Positions 45,661-57,499 of a stretch of 64,000 nucleotides of DNA are shown here, one piece after another (within the stretch, counting starts at the first letter, position 1; the number at the start of each line of letters is the position of its first letter). The position numbers and the translations under genes were made by a program. The stretch covers positions 138,671 through 202,670 of the forward strand of contig CAWGVG010000014.1 in assembly GCA_963825865.1 (NCBI GenBank), in the 5' to 3' direction. The notes below the pieces were generated by a model that worked only from the letters and a program-made list of their open reading frames with translations, had not been told where the DNA came from and did not search any database. Source of the stretch: an uncultured Nitrososphaeraceae archaeon. Its GTDB lineage: Archaea; Thermoproteota; Nitrososphaeria; Nitrososphaerales; Nitrososphaeraceae.

Positions 45661-46388
45661 CTCCAGGTACCGGCAGGTAGCTCTGCTGTGCGGCTCTTTA
45701 AAGACTATCATTCAGCTACCTGTATAGTAGTTTCACACTTAACTTGTTTTAATGACATTGGTCTGAGTAGTTGCTGTTGGTGTGTAAAGATATATCGTAT
45801 TGTTAACAACGACTTTTAACAGATACAGTCATAAAACCCCTCAACTATTTTCAGTATTGCTTTAGGATGATGGAATGGCAGGGGAAGATAAATTTTCTGG
45901 ATTTGCTACAGATTCTTTACTGTTATTTTATATAAAAAAATAATTTTTATGTATTATAACCTTAACCGTTAATTATTCCAATTGCAAACCCCATCGCGGT
46001 ACTACCAGTCAAAGGAATACTAAGGTTTGCCATTGTGGACGTTATAGGTAAGATAGATGCAGTAGTAGTAGTGAGCCTTCTCTTCTTTTTGGTAAAAGAA
46101 GAAATGCTTGATGAGCAAGACAAATGCAAGGATATCCAAATCAGTCAGCATCATCGGAATTTCCAAAAATAATTCTTAGTCCTTTTAGAAGACGCTGATG
46201 TTTCTTCTACCTTTAGTATTTGGTTATTAAAAGAAAATTACAAGACAAAGTTACTATAGGCATTATTTATTGAAATTTCAGCTGTTGATGTTGATTCTGC
46301 TGCCCAACTATCTCTGAAAAGAAACAGGTTATATTTACTATAGTGTGGACAACAATTAATAGGCATTATCTACTGTTTTTTTTATAAA

Positions 46389-47438
46389 ATGGATCTAACT
46401 GAACGATTGGATCTTATTATAAGAGACCCTATCGAAGAGGTAGTTACTAGAGATGAATTAAAAGGTCTTTTAGAAACTGTAGCCTATCCAAAACATTATA
46501 TCGGTCTTGAGGTTTCCGGTAAACTCCACCTCGGTAGCCTTATTTTAACAGGTTTTAAAATTAATGATTTCATCAATGCTCAACTTGATTGTACTGTGTT
46601 TTTGGCCGATTGGCATACGTACATTAACAACAAATTGGGTGGAGATTGGGATAAAATTAAAAGGATTTCAAATTATTATTCCGAGGTATTCAAGTTTTTC
46701 TGTCCCGGTGTTCACATAATGATCGGCAGTGAACTTTATGATAATACAGGTAGTTGTTACTGGGAGAATTTTGTACATTTTAGCAAGCATATGACTTTAT
46801 CAAGGATAATGCGTTCGCTGACTATTATGGGTAGAAGTGAGAGAGATAACCTTGATTTTTCGCAGTTGCTTTATCCTATAATGCAGTCTGTAGACATTAA
46901 CGCATTGGATGTAGATATTGTTCACGCAGGAATGGACCAGAGAAAAATCCATATGTTGGCTAGGGAAATATTTCCAAAATTGGGCTGGAAGATTCCAGTT
47001 TCTGTTCATCATCATTTGCTTCCTGGTCTTTCAGAACCTGTCAAATTAGGATTATCGGAAGATACTCCAGATGATGCAAGGATAGCAAGTAAAATGAGCA
47101 AGAGAAATCCCACACGTGGAATAATAATTCACGACGATGAAAAAACAATAAGAGATAAGATAAATAAGGCGTTTTGTCCTGTTGGCGTTATAGAAAATAA
47201 TCCTATACTTGAGCTAATCAGATATATTGTCTTTCATCAGTTTGCCGAATTTGTTATCGAGCGGGCATCAAAGTACGGCGGCAATATCACCTATACAAAT
47301 TACAGCGATGTCGAGCGAGATTTTCTTTTCAATAAAATCCATCCAATGGATTTAAAAAATGCTACTGCTATCTACATCAACAAAATAATTGAGCCTATTC
47401 GCAACCATTTTAATAGTAAAGAGCCAAATTTTGATTAG
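46389..47438 (+). CDS. tyrS: Tyrosine--tRNA ligase
   Basis: YIGLEVSGKLHLG, ADWH, YPIMQSVD, GMDQRKIH, KMSK, HPMDLK. Confidence 0.95.
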   Translation: MDLTERLDLIIRDPIEEVVTRDELKGLLETVAYPKHYIGLEVSGKLHLGSLILTGFKINDFINAQLDCTVFLADWHTYINNKLGGDWDKIKRISNYYSEVFKFFCPGVHIMIGSELYDNTGSCYWENFVHFSKHMTLSRIMRSLTIMGRSERDNLDFSQLLYPIMQSVDINALDVDIVHAGMDQRKIHMLAREIFPKLGWKIPVSVHHHLLPGLSEPVKLGLSEDTPDDARIASKMSKRNPTRGIIIHDDEKTIRDKINKAFCPVGVIENNPILELIRYIVFHQFAEFVIERASKYGGNITYTNYSDVERDFLFNKIHPMDLKNATAIYINKIIEPIRNHFNSKEPNFD

Positions 47439-47643
47439 ATTTCATTATTGTGATCTGACAGCAAAAAATTAAAGTAGTAGTCGTCATAATCAGTTTCAAC
47501 GTCACAAAAACAATACATTTGCAGCGGCTGCAACAGAATATTATCATCTGCAAACTTTACATATGGATATAAATGACTAAAAGATACAAAACTGCTGAAA
47601 ATGTATTTCGGCCACCGATGGAGAAAGGCGGTATTCTCTAAAA

Positions 47644-49040
47644 TTGATATCATCCAAAGTAAATAATTTATTTCATATACAAAGATTAAATACTGATGGG
47701 AGCCCTTTTGACCTTTTTACAAAGATCTACAAACTCTACGATAAAGTTTTCATTTTAGAATCTCTTGTGGGTCCAAAAGAACTTTCTGAAATGTCTATTG
47801 TTGGGTTTGATCCGGAAGTTATTGTGACTTGTGATTCAGAGAAATTTAGAATTTCTGATCGTAAAAATAAAGTAATTCGAGAATTCAAATCCACTGAACC
47901 CCTTTCCCAACTGAGAAAGATTGTACCTAAAATAAGTGAAAACTGTTTCAGATATATAGGCGGCGCAGTCGGCTATATTAGTTACGATGCAATAAGATTT
48001 TGGGAGCATCTGCCTGTCAAAGGAAAAGGAAAAGGTAAAAACCTTTCTCCATTATTAAAATTTGGAATTTACACAGATGGTATACTTTACAATCATATAG
48101 AGAGTCAAGCCTACTACTTTCATATTGGTAAAAAATCTCGCCTAACGGATATAGAACAGCTAGTAAAGAAAACCCATAAGGATAACAATAGTAAGAACTT
48201 CTCTTATTCAATCCCGAAGAACAATATAAGCAAGAGCCAATTTATCAAAATGGTCAATAGATCAAAAAAGTACATCTATGATGGTGACATCTTTCAAGTA
48301 GTTTTATCAAAGAAAATGAAATTTAATGTCAAAGGTGATTTGTTATCAGTGTACAAGTCTTTGAGAGAAGTCAATCCATCTCCTTATATGTATTTGATGA
48401 AGATGGCTGATACGTGCATTATAGGTTCTAGCCCTGAAATGCTTCTTCTGTACCACAAAGAACTATGTGGAAACTTTTCCTATCGCAGGAACTAGACCTA
48501 TAGTAAATGATGAAAAGCGCAATAAAGAATCACGAAAAGATTTGCTTAATGACGAAAAAGAAATTGCAGAACATACGATGCTAGTTGATTTAGCGCGCAA
48601 CGACCTAGGAAGAGTATGCAATTACGGCACAATCAGAGTTAGCGATTCTTATGACTGTCAAAAGATTTAGCCATGTTCAACATATTGTGTCACATGTTAG
48701 TGGATATCTTAGGAGTGGATGTGATTCATATGATGCATTTAAGGCAGTATTTCCTGCTGGAACCGTATCTGGTGCTCCAAAAATACGTGCAATGGAAATA
48801 ATTGATGAATTGGAACCTGACCTTCGCGAAGCATATGCAGGTGCATTAGGTTACTTTTCATTCAATGGATCATGCGATTTTGCTATTACCATTAGATCCC
48901 TATTCGTTAATAAGAATAAGGCATATATTCAATCCGGAGCTGGTATAGTAATGGATTCCGTTCCCGAGAAGGAATGGCTGGAAACTGGACATAAGGCTGA
49001 TGCCATATTGTCTTCACTTAATAAAACAAAACATCACTAA
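47644..49040 (+). CDS. trpE: Anthranilate synthase component I (two frameshifts)
   Basis: [48 protein letters not shown]. Confidence 0.88.
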
Positions 49041-50116
49041 CATAAATATATATAAAACTTCAAGAACATAGAGTAAGATTATTTCATTTATTAGATAACT
49101 CCATCTGTTATATACATAGTTAGAATACAGCACAGTCTTCACCTGTTATATCATATTGCATTTTGGTGGTCAGCTGGCTCAATTACTAGATTTTAGCATC
49201 CATTTTTTACTACATTACTTATAAGTGACAGAATATAATTCAGTTCAAATATGTGCCATGTAGGTATTAGATGCAATATTTTACTCTCAAATATGCAAAT
49301 ATGCGCAAAGATGGCACGTATTGCAAATGTAACTTAGGCAACACAAGCATTATTTAATGAAATCGTTATACATCCCTTTCACCCAATTACACAAACTAGA
49401 AAAAGAACATGCTGCTGATTATCATATCGTTATATCTAAAATGAATTCTCATGTGATCTAATAAATCCATTAAGTGGGAAAAGAAATCATTATGTACAAA
49501 GATATAACATAGGCCAAGTCCTTAAATTATCTATTATCTAGAATTTATTTTGTAAATCTAATTGTATGACAAATACCCACCAAAACTTGGCAAAGCGATG
49601 GCATACATATAGAAATGAAGAAGAAGACAGGAAAATGGTCCAATAAAGGTCAAAACATTATTTTTATAATAACAGTTTGTATACTAAAATTGATAACATA
49701 TATTTTGGACAAAGTCCACTGTAAAAAGAAGCGAATTGTTGAAAAAATTCCTGTTGAATAAACCTTGAGTTGTATTCAAGGTAAGCTCAAAAAGATGGTG
49801 GCATAAATTTTAGTCGCAACATCATCATCTAAAGGAAGTAAAAAGACAAATCTGAGTTATGGATTAGAGAACTGTGTCCTGGTCGCGATTTTTGTTAAAA
49901 ATTATCATTCGTAAGACCAACTTTAACGATCTGTTTGAAGATCTGTCCTTGAGGTAAAGCCTATTTAAAAGACCATAGCAATAACCTACCCTACCCACAT
50001 AAATGGCAGGCTGCGGGGATATTTCTAGACTAATTTGATAGTCAAAGTTTATAATACAATTCATAATGTATATATTATACAGAATAATGTGATAATAATT
50101 CTTTATGCAAATAGAA

Positions 50117-50166
50117 TTCAAATAAAATGAATATGATATGCTTGCCTACCTTTTAAATCATATAAA
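50117..50166 (+). promoter_or_regulatory. Conserved upstream element of C2H2 micro-gene A
   Basis: 44/50 identical (manual count) to the reverse complement of 56332-56381. Confidence 0.7.
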
Positions 50167-50184
50167 TTTCAACCAATTAAAGCC

Positions 50185-50349
50185 ATGCATAACGATGACT
50201 TAAAGATGATATGGGTATGCCATGAATGTAGCGCCACATTTGTTTTTCATTCAGATGTAGAAGTTCACAAGGAAAAAACTGAACATTCAAAAATAGAAAA
50301 ATATGACTTGTTAACCGATAAATCCATAGATCTTATTGGTAGTCGTTAA
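50185..50349 (+). CDS. 54-aa C2H2 micro-protein A
   Basis: MHNDDLKMIWVCHECSATFVFHSDVEVHKEKTEHSKIEKYDLL; paralog at 56146-56307. Confidence 0.75.
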   Translation: MHNDDLKMIWVCHECSATFVFHSDVEVHKEKTEHSKIEKYDLLTDKSIDLIGSR

Positions 50350-50462
50350 CACACGCGAATCTTAGGCTATTCATAACTTGGTATATGGATTGTTTTTGGT
50401 AATTCTGAGGCAAAGTTGCAGACTATTATTAAGAGACTTTATTATACAATCAAAAAACATCA

Positions 50463-51212
50463 TCATCTCTCTCTCCAGATGGCCTTGGTTTTCGCTAGAG
50501 CTACAAATCCTACCAAATATACAATCTGTACCCCAAGGCCAAGAGCGATCGACCAGTCTTTTGGTACTGGAAATCCCATAGTATATTGCAATATAAGAGA
50601 GGCATGCGTAGTTGGTAGTAGGTAACTAAGATATTGTAAGGCTAAAGGCAAGCGGTCTATTGAATAATAAACTGGAGGTATAACTGCAAGGACTACGTTT
50701 ACAAATGAAATTAATTGTGTAGCATTTCGCATGTGTAGCATATGAGAAGACAAAAAAAAACCCAGAGATGACATAGATCCCCAGGTTAAGAAAATATTTG
50801 ATAGTAGAAGAGGTGCATTAATAATTGAACTTCCAAAGTATACAGCAAGAAGTGTAAGCACAATTAAAGCAGGCAAACCAAACAAAAGTTCTGATAGAGC
50901 CAATCCTGTCATGTATGTAAGTGGAGAAACGGGTGAAGCGACAAAAATATCTTGAATCTTGTATTCTGTCTTGTAAAATGAAATGTCCTGTCCAAGTGCA
51001 AGCCCATAACCTACTAATGCCATCACAAGACTCCCAGCAATAGCAAATTGGACGTAATGGCCATTACTAACCACAAATAAAACAAACAATAATGAAAAGG
51101 GGCTTATGGCAGTAAAGACCATAGACATCGGATTTCTACGTAGCCACAAAAACCCAGTTAAATAAGCTATAAGAAATGCCTGCTTAATTGCAAATGTTTT
51201 TTTTAACATCAT
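50463..51212 (-). CDS. ABC-2 type transporter permease
   Basis: About six TM helices, ASPVS, PVYYS...LP...LPTTHA pattern. Confidence 0.82.
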   Translation of the reverse strand: MMLKKTFAIKQAFLIAYLTGFLWLRRNPMSMVFTAISPFSLLFVLFVVSNGHYVQFAIAGSLVMALVGYGLALGQDISFYKTEYKIQDIFVASPVSPLTYMTGLALSELLFGLPALIVLTLLAVYFGSSIINAPLLLSNIFLTWGSMSSLGFFLSSHMLHMRNATQLISFVNVVLAVIPPVYYSIDRLPLALQYLSYLLPTTHASLILQYTMGFPVPKDWSIALGLGVQIVYLVGFVALAKTKAIWRER

Positions 51213-51812
51213 CTAACCTCTGGTATCCCGCAAACGTAATAATTAAGTTATACGCAAAATTTCGTCTATTTTTGCGGATAGCATTACCCCAATTCCTCAT
51301 ATTTAAAACCATTAGATTAATTGAACGGACTTGGTCATGATCTGATATTACTGTTGGAAATCTACTGTAATTGTTAATAAAGCAAAGCTTCTTGAAAAGA
51401 ATGGCAAAACTTCAAGCAATGGAATTCATTGCTTTTGTTTTGTATTACTTACTGTTGCTGGATTTTTTTTCATTAAGGATTAGCCTCATCAGCCATCCAT
51501 ATTAAAAAACGTCCGTGTCAGTACTTAGAGTGTTCTGATATTCATGAAAATAAGAAAAATCTTTCAAGTATTGATGTATACATGAATGTCAATCTTATCT
51601 CAAAATACATTCTATAAATATTGTTAAAAATGACATGTCCCAAAAAAGAATTATTTTATTATATTCTGTTAAAGGGCAGTTTAATGTTGAACACTAGATA
51701 TAGATAATCTTCACATTACGTGGTTAGCATGAATTTTATTCATGAGAAATAGAGAACTAATCATAGCGTGTATTACCTTTCTCTGTCTACAATTATCTGA
51801 ATAATAATCCTT

Positions 51813-52665
51813 TCATTCCTCTGATGATCGATCCATTAATTCAGCTATTTTCTTTTCGTTCTTTGAAAAACCCATCATATGGCCTCTTAGTAGCTGAATT
51901 CCAAGCGCAGGATCTATACCTTTCGGGCATACTACACTACAAGAGCCGGCGAAGTGGCATCTCCAAATACCGTGTCTTTCATCTACAATATGCAGACGCT
52001 CTTTAATAGCATTATCCCTTGTGTCAGCATAGTATCTGTATACTTGTGACAAAGCCTGAGGGCCAGGGAATTCTGTATCTGTAGCGACAGTGGGACAGGC
52101 GGAATAACATAAACCACATTTGATGCAATTAGAGAATTGCAAATATTTATCAACATCTTCTGGACTTTGTTTGAATTCTGATAATTTCCTCGTATCTTTG
52201 ATATCTGCATTGTTATTATGGATATAAGGCTGCATTTCTTTATGGTGCTTAAAGAATTGTGAAAAGTCTGTTACAAGGTCACGTATATGGGGGAAGTTTA
52301 TGAGTGGCTCACAGGTGATTGTACTACCAGCCAGTTCTGAAACCTTTGTATAGCAAGCAAGCCTAGGAATTCCATTAATTTTCATTCCACACGAGCCGCA
52401 TGATGCCATTCTGCAAGAGTATCTTATCCCAATGCTACTATCCTGATAACTCTTTGCATAAAGAAGTGCGTCAAGCACTGTTGTCCACCGCTGTACCTGG
52501 TACTTCAAATCTATCAAAATGTGCGGAATCTCCCATTTTGCCTCTTGCTCGAAATACTTTTAAGAGTACCTTTTCAGGAGTTGTCTCATTCTTTTTATCA
52601 TCATCTACTCTATTTTTCTTTCCTAACATACGAATCTTGTCTATTGGTTCATCCATTTTATTCAA
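51813..52665 (-). CDS. sdhB: Succinate dehydrogenase Fe-S subunit (frameshift near 52500)
   Basis: SCRMASCGSC, CIKCGLCYSACP, CHFAGSCSVVCP. Confidence 0.94.
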
Positions 52666-53013
52666 ATCCCAAGTCCGTTAGCCACGAGTATTGTTCTAGT
52701 GCCATACGCAACGATAGTTATCATCGCAACTATGGTAAATATGGTAACACCATTTTCCCAGTGCTTGTTCTGTCTTAATTCAATTAATATGATTCTCAAA
52801 CCGTTAAAGCCATGGAGTGCGATAGAGTACAAGTATTGATTCAAGAAGTATTGCGTATAATATATTATGATAATTTGTAATAACGTTCTCATACTCTAGA
52901 CTTATACTAAACGGCATTATCAGACGCATTATGATATGTACAGCTACTACAAATAGCGCTGCTAAGCCTGTGATATAGTGTATTTTCATTATTTGACTTT
53001 CTCTAAGCGTCAT
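52662..53013 (-). CDS. sdhD: Succinate dehydrogenase membrane anchor (frameshifted)
   Basis: HYITG, LHGFNGLRIILIE; position in operon. Confidence 0.85.
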
Positions 53014-53042
53014 GTTTCTTTTCTCAATGCTCTCCTTCTCTT

Positions 53043-53501
53043 CTATTTTTCACCGAATAGTACACTAGCGCCATATAACATCGCTACTGCCGCCAATATT
53101 AATGCGACCCATATTCCAGACCTCTGACGATAATTAAGTGAGATAGCATCATAAGGATAATCAGGTCTCCCAGGTCTCCCAAGTCCTTTACCAACATGTG
53201 TAAATATCAATCTGATCCCGTTTGACGAATGAAAGGTACTCGTTCCAATTACCAGTATCAAAAAAAGGTGTCCCCAAGGTGTTTGAGTAAGTTGTAACAG
53301 TGCATTCCACGCATCTAGACCACGGGTTAGCGAGCTCGTTTCATACACATGACCTATGAAGTATACTAGCAAGAAGACTCCAGTCAATCGCTGCAGCCAA
53401 TAGGATACTCGTTCCCAACCGTACCTAGATGGATTTAGCCATCCTTTTAGTCCTTCGCGATTATCTCGACTATTATTGTTCCTTTCTTTTGATATTTCCA
53501 T
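53043..53501 (-). CDS. sdhC: Succinate dehydrogenase cytochrome b subunit
   Basis: LQRLTG, GH, FHSSNGIRL; ATG overlaps sdhA stop. Confidence 0.88.
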   Translation of the reverse strand: MEISKERNNNSRDNREGLKGWLNPSRYGWERVSYWLQRLTGVFLLVYFIGHVYETSSLTRGLDAWNALLQLTQTPWGHLFLILVIGTSTFHSSNGIRLIFTHVGKGLGRPGRPDYPYDAISLNYRQRSGIWVALILAAVAMLYGASVLFGEK

Positions 53502-55217
53502 TAATATTTTCTCTCCACTGGTGCGTAACGCGTTAAAGTTACGGGATGCCATGCCATCTTTGGTCCTTCTAGTGAATGGTAGGCTAGAGTGTGTTTCAAA
53601 AAATTGATATCATCTCGGTTTAGATAGTCAGTCCTTGCATGCGCTCCTCTTGATTCATTGACGGTTCAAAGCCCCGACCAATACTATCTCTGCTGTCCTC
53701 AGCATCGAATCTATCTCCATTACATTTATGTAATTGGTATTGTATTCTTTTTCCTGATCGTCTACATGCTTCCATGCCAATGCTTTTAAGTCTCTTACTT
53801 TCTTTAAACCTTCCAGTAATCCCTGGTCATTTCTAAATACGTGTGCTTTGGCATCCATAGTGTCCGTCAGTTCTTTTCTGACTTCGTACGGGTTTACTTC
53901 GCCTCTTCCTCTAAATATTCTATCGTAAATCCTTTTTTCTTCTTCGATGATCTGATGTTCTGGAATTGCCAAAGCGCTCTTATGGTTTTTAGCATATTGT
54001 GCCGCTAGCTTGCCTGTGATTGTTCCCCATACAAGACATTCACCAGTAGAGTTTGCACCCAAGCGATTGGCACCATGTGTACTGTTACAAGCAGCCTCAC
54101 CTGCGGCCCATAGTCCATTCATTTCCGTAGCGCCGTTAATATTAGTGTGGATTCCACCCATCATATAATGACATACCGGTCTAATTTCAATTGGTTCGTT
54201 AATTATATCAATACCAGAGAACTTGATTCCGATTTCTCTTATTCCTCCCAAATGCTCCCGTATACGCTCTGCTCCAAGATGAGTCAAATCTATCTTTAAG
54301 CAATCTACACCTGACTCATGTTTAAATCCTCGCCCCTCTTGGATTTCTCTTATCATAGCACGAGAAACTACATCTCTTGAAGCGAGTTCTAGGGTTTTAG
54401 GGGCATATTTCTTCATAAATCTCTCTCCTTGATTGTTAATCAGGTAACCACCTTCTCCTCTAGCTCCTTCTGTAATCAATATACCAGACGGCAAAATACC
54501 CGTAGGATGGAACTGAACAAACTCCATATCTTTCAAAGCAAGTCCTGCACGATATGCCATGTCTAAGCCATCAGGAGTTGAAGAATAAGCATATGTGGAA
54601 AAACTGTAAATTCTTCCCGCACCACCAGTGCAAATTATCCCTGCAGGTGCTCTGAATTTAACAAAGTTTCCACTCTTCATCTCAATAGCAGTCACACCAC
54701 GAAAGTTATTTTCATCAGTAAGAATGGCGGTACAGAACCATTCATTGTAAAAGTGGATATTATCATCGTATTTTAGGCATGTATCATATAGTGTCTGCAT
54801 CTCAAAAAATCCAACCTTGTCTTGTGCATAGGTTGCCCTTGGAAATGAATAGCCCCCGAACCAGCGCTGGTCGATTCTGCCGTTTCCCGTCCTTGACCAT
54901 GGCATTCCCCAATGATCTAACTGGTAGATTTCATAAGGCATATTTGAGACGAGTCGTTCTACAACATCCTGATCTGCGAGAAAGTCACTACCTTTTATGG
55001 TATCATAGATATGAGATTCCAAATTATCTCCTTCTTCCTCAAATAAAACTGCAGCTGTACCACCTTCAGCAGAAACCGAATGAGAGCGCATAACCTGTAC
55101 CTTCGAAATTAAGGCAATACTCAGCGTTTTGTCAGCAGCAGCAGCTGCAATTGCTGCTCGTAGTCCTGCTATACCAGAGCCGATAATAAGAATGTCATAA
55201 GAAATAGTATCAGTCAA
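53501..55217 (-). CDS. sdhA: Succinate dehydrogenase flavoprotein (frameshift near 53655)
   Basis: GSGIAG, RSHSVSAEGG, QFHPT, HYMMGG, HGANRLGANS; ESRGAH in shifted frame. Confidence 0.96.
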
Positions 55218-55418
55218 ATATCATAACATCACCTCTGATATTACGACTTGGATGACAGATTCTCATAAATATCTTTGTAACTGTGGTCAGAAGTACAAGT
55301 CCAAATCTATAAGAATAATGCGATTCTATAATGATGTTTTAATCAAAGCTTAATACACATATTATAATCACGCATACATATATATATATAATATGCATTC
55401 ATTTTAAAATTCACAGGC

Positions 55419-55662
55419 ATGCATCCAAAAAGAAGGCACCTTCAACATGACAATAATATTAGAGGTACAAACACAGGTAAGAAAATAACAGGAAAAGAAT
55501 TAACTGATTCTGAAGAGATCAGTATTCGTCTTAATACACTTGTTGAAATGCTCTACGATAAAGGAATCATTACCAAAAAGGAATATGATAGTACCTGTAG
55601 CAATGCGTTTGCATGAAGTTTCTAAGGCTGCTGCATTTGAGGAAATGGATGAAGAATTGTGA
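55419..55662 (+). CDS. Hypothetical protein (frameshift near 55595)
   Basis: RLNTLVEMLYDKGIITKKEY, then VAMRLHEVSKAAAFEEMDEEL. Confidence 0.6.
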
Positions 55663-55949
55663 GACGATAACTTTGCTAATTTTATCAGCATATAATTGTC
55701 GGCTTCTAGAATAGCTTTCCTAAGTTGTTTCTATAATTCAGCCAAAACGGACGTATTATATATATATTAATTACAGATCCTTTTTCTTGCAATATCTTTT
55801 TTTAGTATGAATGATATTACTCGATGGTTTCATTGACAGCAAAAGTCTCCTTGCTCAAATTTAGAAATTATTTTCCTTCTGCTAATGCAATTACCTTGTT
55901 CTCGTTTAATCAATTATCAATTGCTTACTAAAATTTTATCCAGAAAATG

Positions 55950-56050
55950 CGCCGGGAGAGGGATTTGAACCCTCGGGACCTTTCCAGGTCACAAGCTAAC
56001 TAAACATTGACTTTCCAGGCTTGCGCCCTACCAGGCTAGGCGACCCCGGC
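55950..56050 (-). tRNA. tRNA-Ser(GGA) with 15-nt intron at position 37/38
   Basis: GCCGGGG/TCCCGGC acceptor stem, CAAGC/GCTTG anticodon stem, CT-GGA-A loop, long variable arm GACCT...AGGTC, GTTCAAATC T-loop, G73. Confidence 0.93.
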
Positions 56051-56145
56051 ATATTAATTTCCTAATTAATGTATATTAATGATTCAAAAGCATCTAACGA
56101 TAGAAATTAGAGTACCTAATTCTGATTAATGTACACTAATATTTG

Positions 56146-56307
56146 TCAAATGCCAATTCCATCAAGCAATTTTCCAGATAGCAGATCATATTTATGTATC
56201 TTTAAATGTCCAGTCTTTCCTTTATGATCATCAACATCTGAACGGAAGATAAAACTGGTCCTACATTCACTACAAACCCATATCATATTCAAGTCATCGC
56301 GATGCAT
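56146..56307 (-). CDS. 53-aa C2H2 micro-protein B
   Basis: MHRDDLNMIWVCSECRTSFIFRSDVDDHKGKTGHLKIHKYDLL; paralog of 50185-50349. Confidence 0.75.
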   Translation of the reverse strand: MHRDDLNMIWVCSECRTSFIFRSDVDDHKGKTGHLKIHKYDLLSGKLLDGIGI

Positions 56308-56525
56308 AGCCACTGCTGAATTTCAACAGTCTTTATCTGATTTAAGAGGTAAGTAAGCAGATCATATTCATTTTGTTTGAAATTTTATTATGAATCAATA
56401 TGTGCTTTATTCTTGAGGTACAACTTTATAATGAATTTTTTGGAAATTTCATGTGCATTAATTCCCACTACCTTACATATGAGACAAAGATAAAAATAAG
56501 GATTAGCTTAAGTTTCTCATCTTTT

Positions 56526-56684
56526 ATGTCAAACCAAGAATTTTCAGAACAGTGTAAAAACGGAAGTCACGTCGATTGCAAAGACTGCATATGCAATTGT
56601 CATATTCCAGGTACAATGGATAACCTAGCGAAAAATATTGCCAGACTGGAAAGAAAAATGCCGGGTCTTGGCGAATCACTATAG
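56526..56684 (+). CDS. Cys/His-rich micro-protein
   Basis: MSNQEFSEQCKNGSHVDCKDCICNCH. Confidence 0.5.
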   Translation: MSNQEFSEQCKNGSHVDCKDCICNCHIPGTMDNLAKNIARLERKMPGLGESL

Positions 56685-56852
56685 GTTAAGCATAGAAAAT
56701 CATACATATTAGGATAGGTTAGCACAATATGGCTATTGTTAGTGAGACGTAAAAGGTAATAATCAACTAATATCCAAAATTTTTTCTAGAAGGATTTTCA
56801 TGGAGAGAGAAGGCCGACATTATTCCAGTAGTAGTAGTCACTTGGTTTATTA

Positions 56853-57200
56853 TTATGAAAGCGGGCTGATATTGTGATAGTAAGAGCGGCCGTATTTTCT
56901 CTTTTTCTCTTCAATCATGGATTTGTCACCTAGCTCAAATACGTGCAACTTTAGCCTAGTTTTGGATTTTTCTTCAGCAGCATTTAGATGCTTGTTGTTG
57001 ATTCTGTCTTTGTATATCATGATATAATCCTCAGCTTCTTTTTTTGATTCAAATCTTGCTTCACCCTGAACGTGTTATTTTCGTCATAAAGGCTGATAGT
57101 ATCCCAATTGTCATTTCTATTTAATTTTTTAATGATAAACAACTTCTTTGGTTTCACTACTGCTGTTATTCTTGTTGTTGTTGTAATTGTAACCTTTGCA
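56853..57200 (-). pseudogene. Hypothetical protein, frameshifted
   Basis: KKLFIIKKLNRNDNWDTISL...ARFESKKEAEDYIMIYKDR...LKLHVFE. Confidence 0.35.
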
Positions 57201-57499
57201 TTGATTTGACCAGTTTAACAATGTCCTGAGCAGACATGGACATTGTAGGTTTTCCATCTTTTATAGATAAAATATCGGCTGAAGTGTCTTGTTAGGATGT
57301 TGCCATATGCATATCATTATTTCACTTCTTATACGATAGGTAGAAGCTATAGACGTTCCAAAATATTGATAAGTAGAATGTTCAGCAGTGCTGGCCATAG
57401 TCAATACATCTTGTAGATCTGAAAGGATGACCTCAGGTGAATAATTATTGTGGTTAGTAGTGTGAATTATCTTACGACCTTTGAAACAGCTTATTCTAA

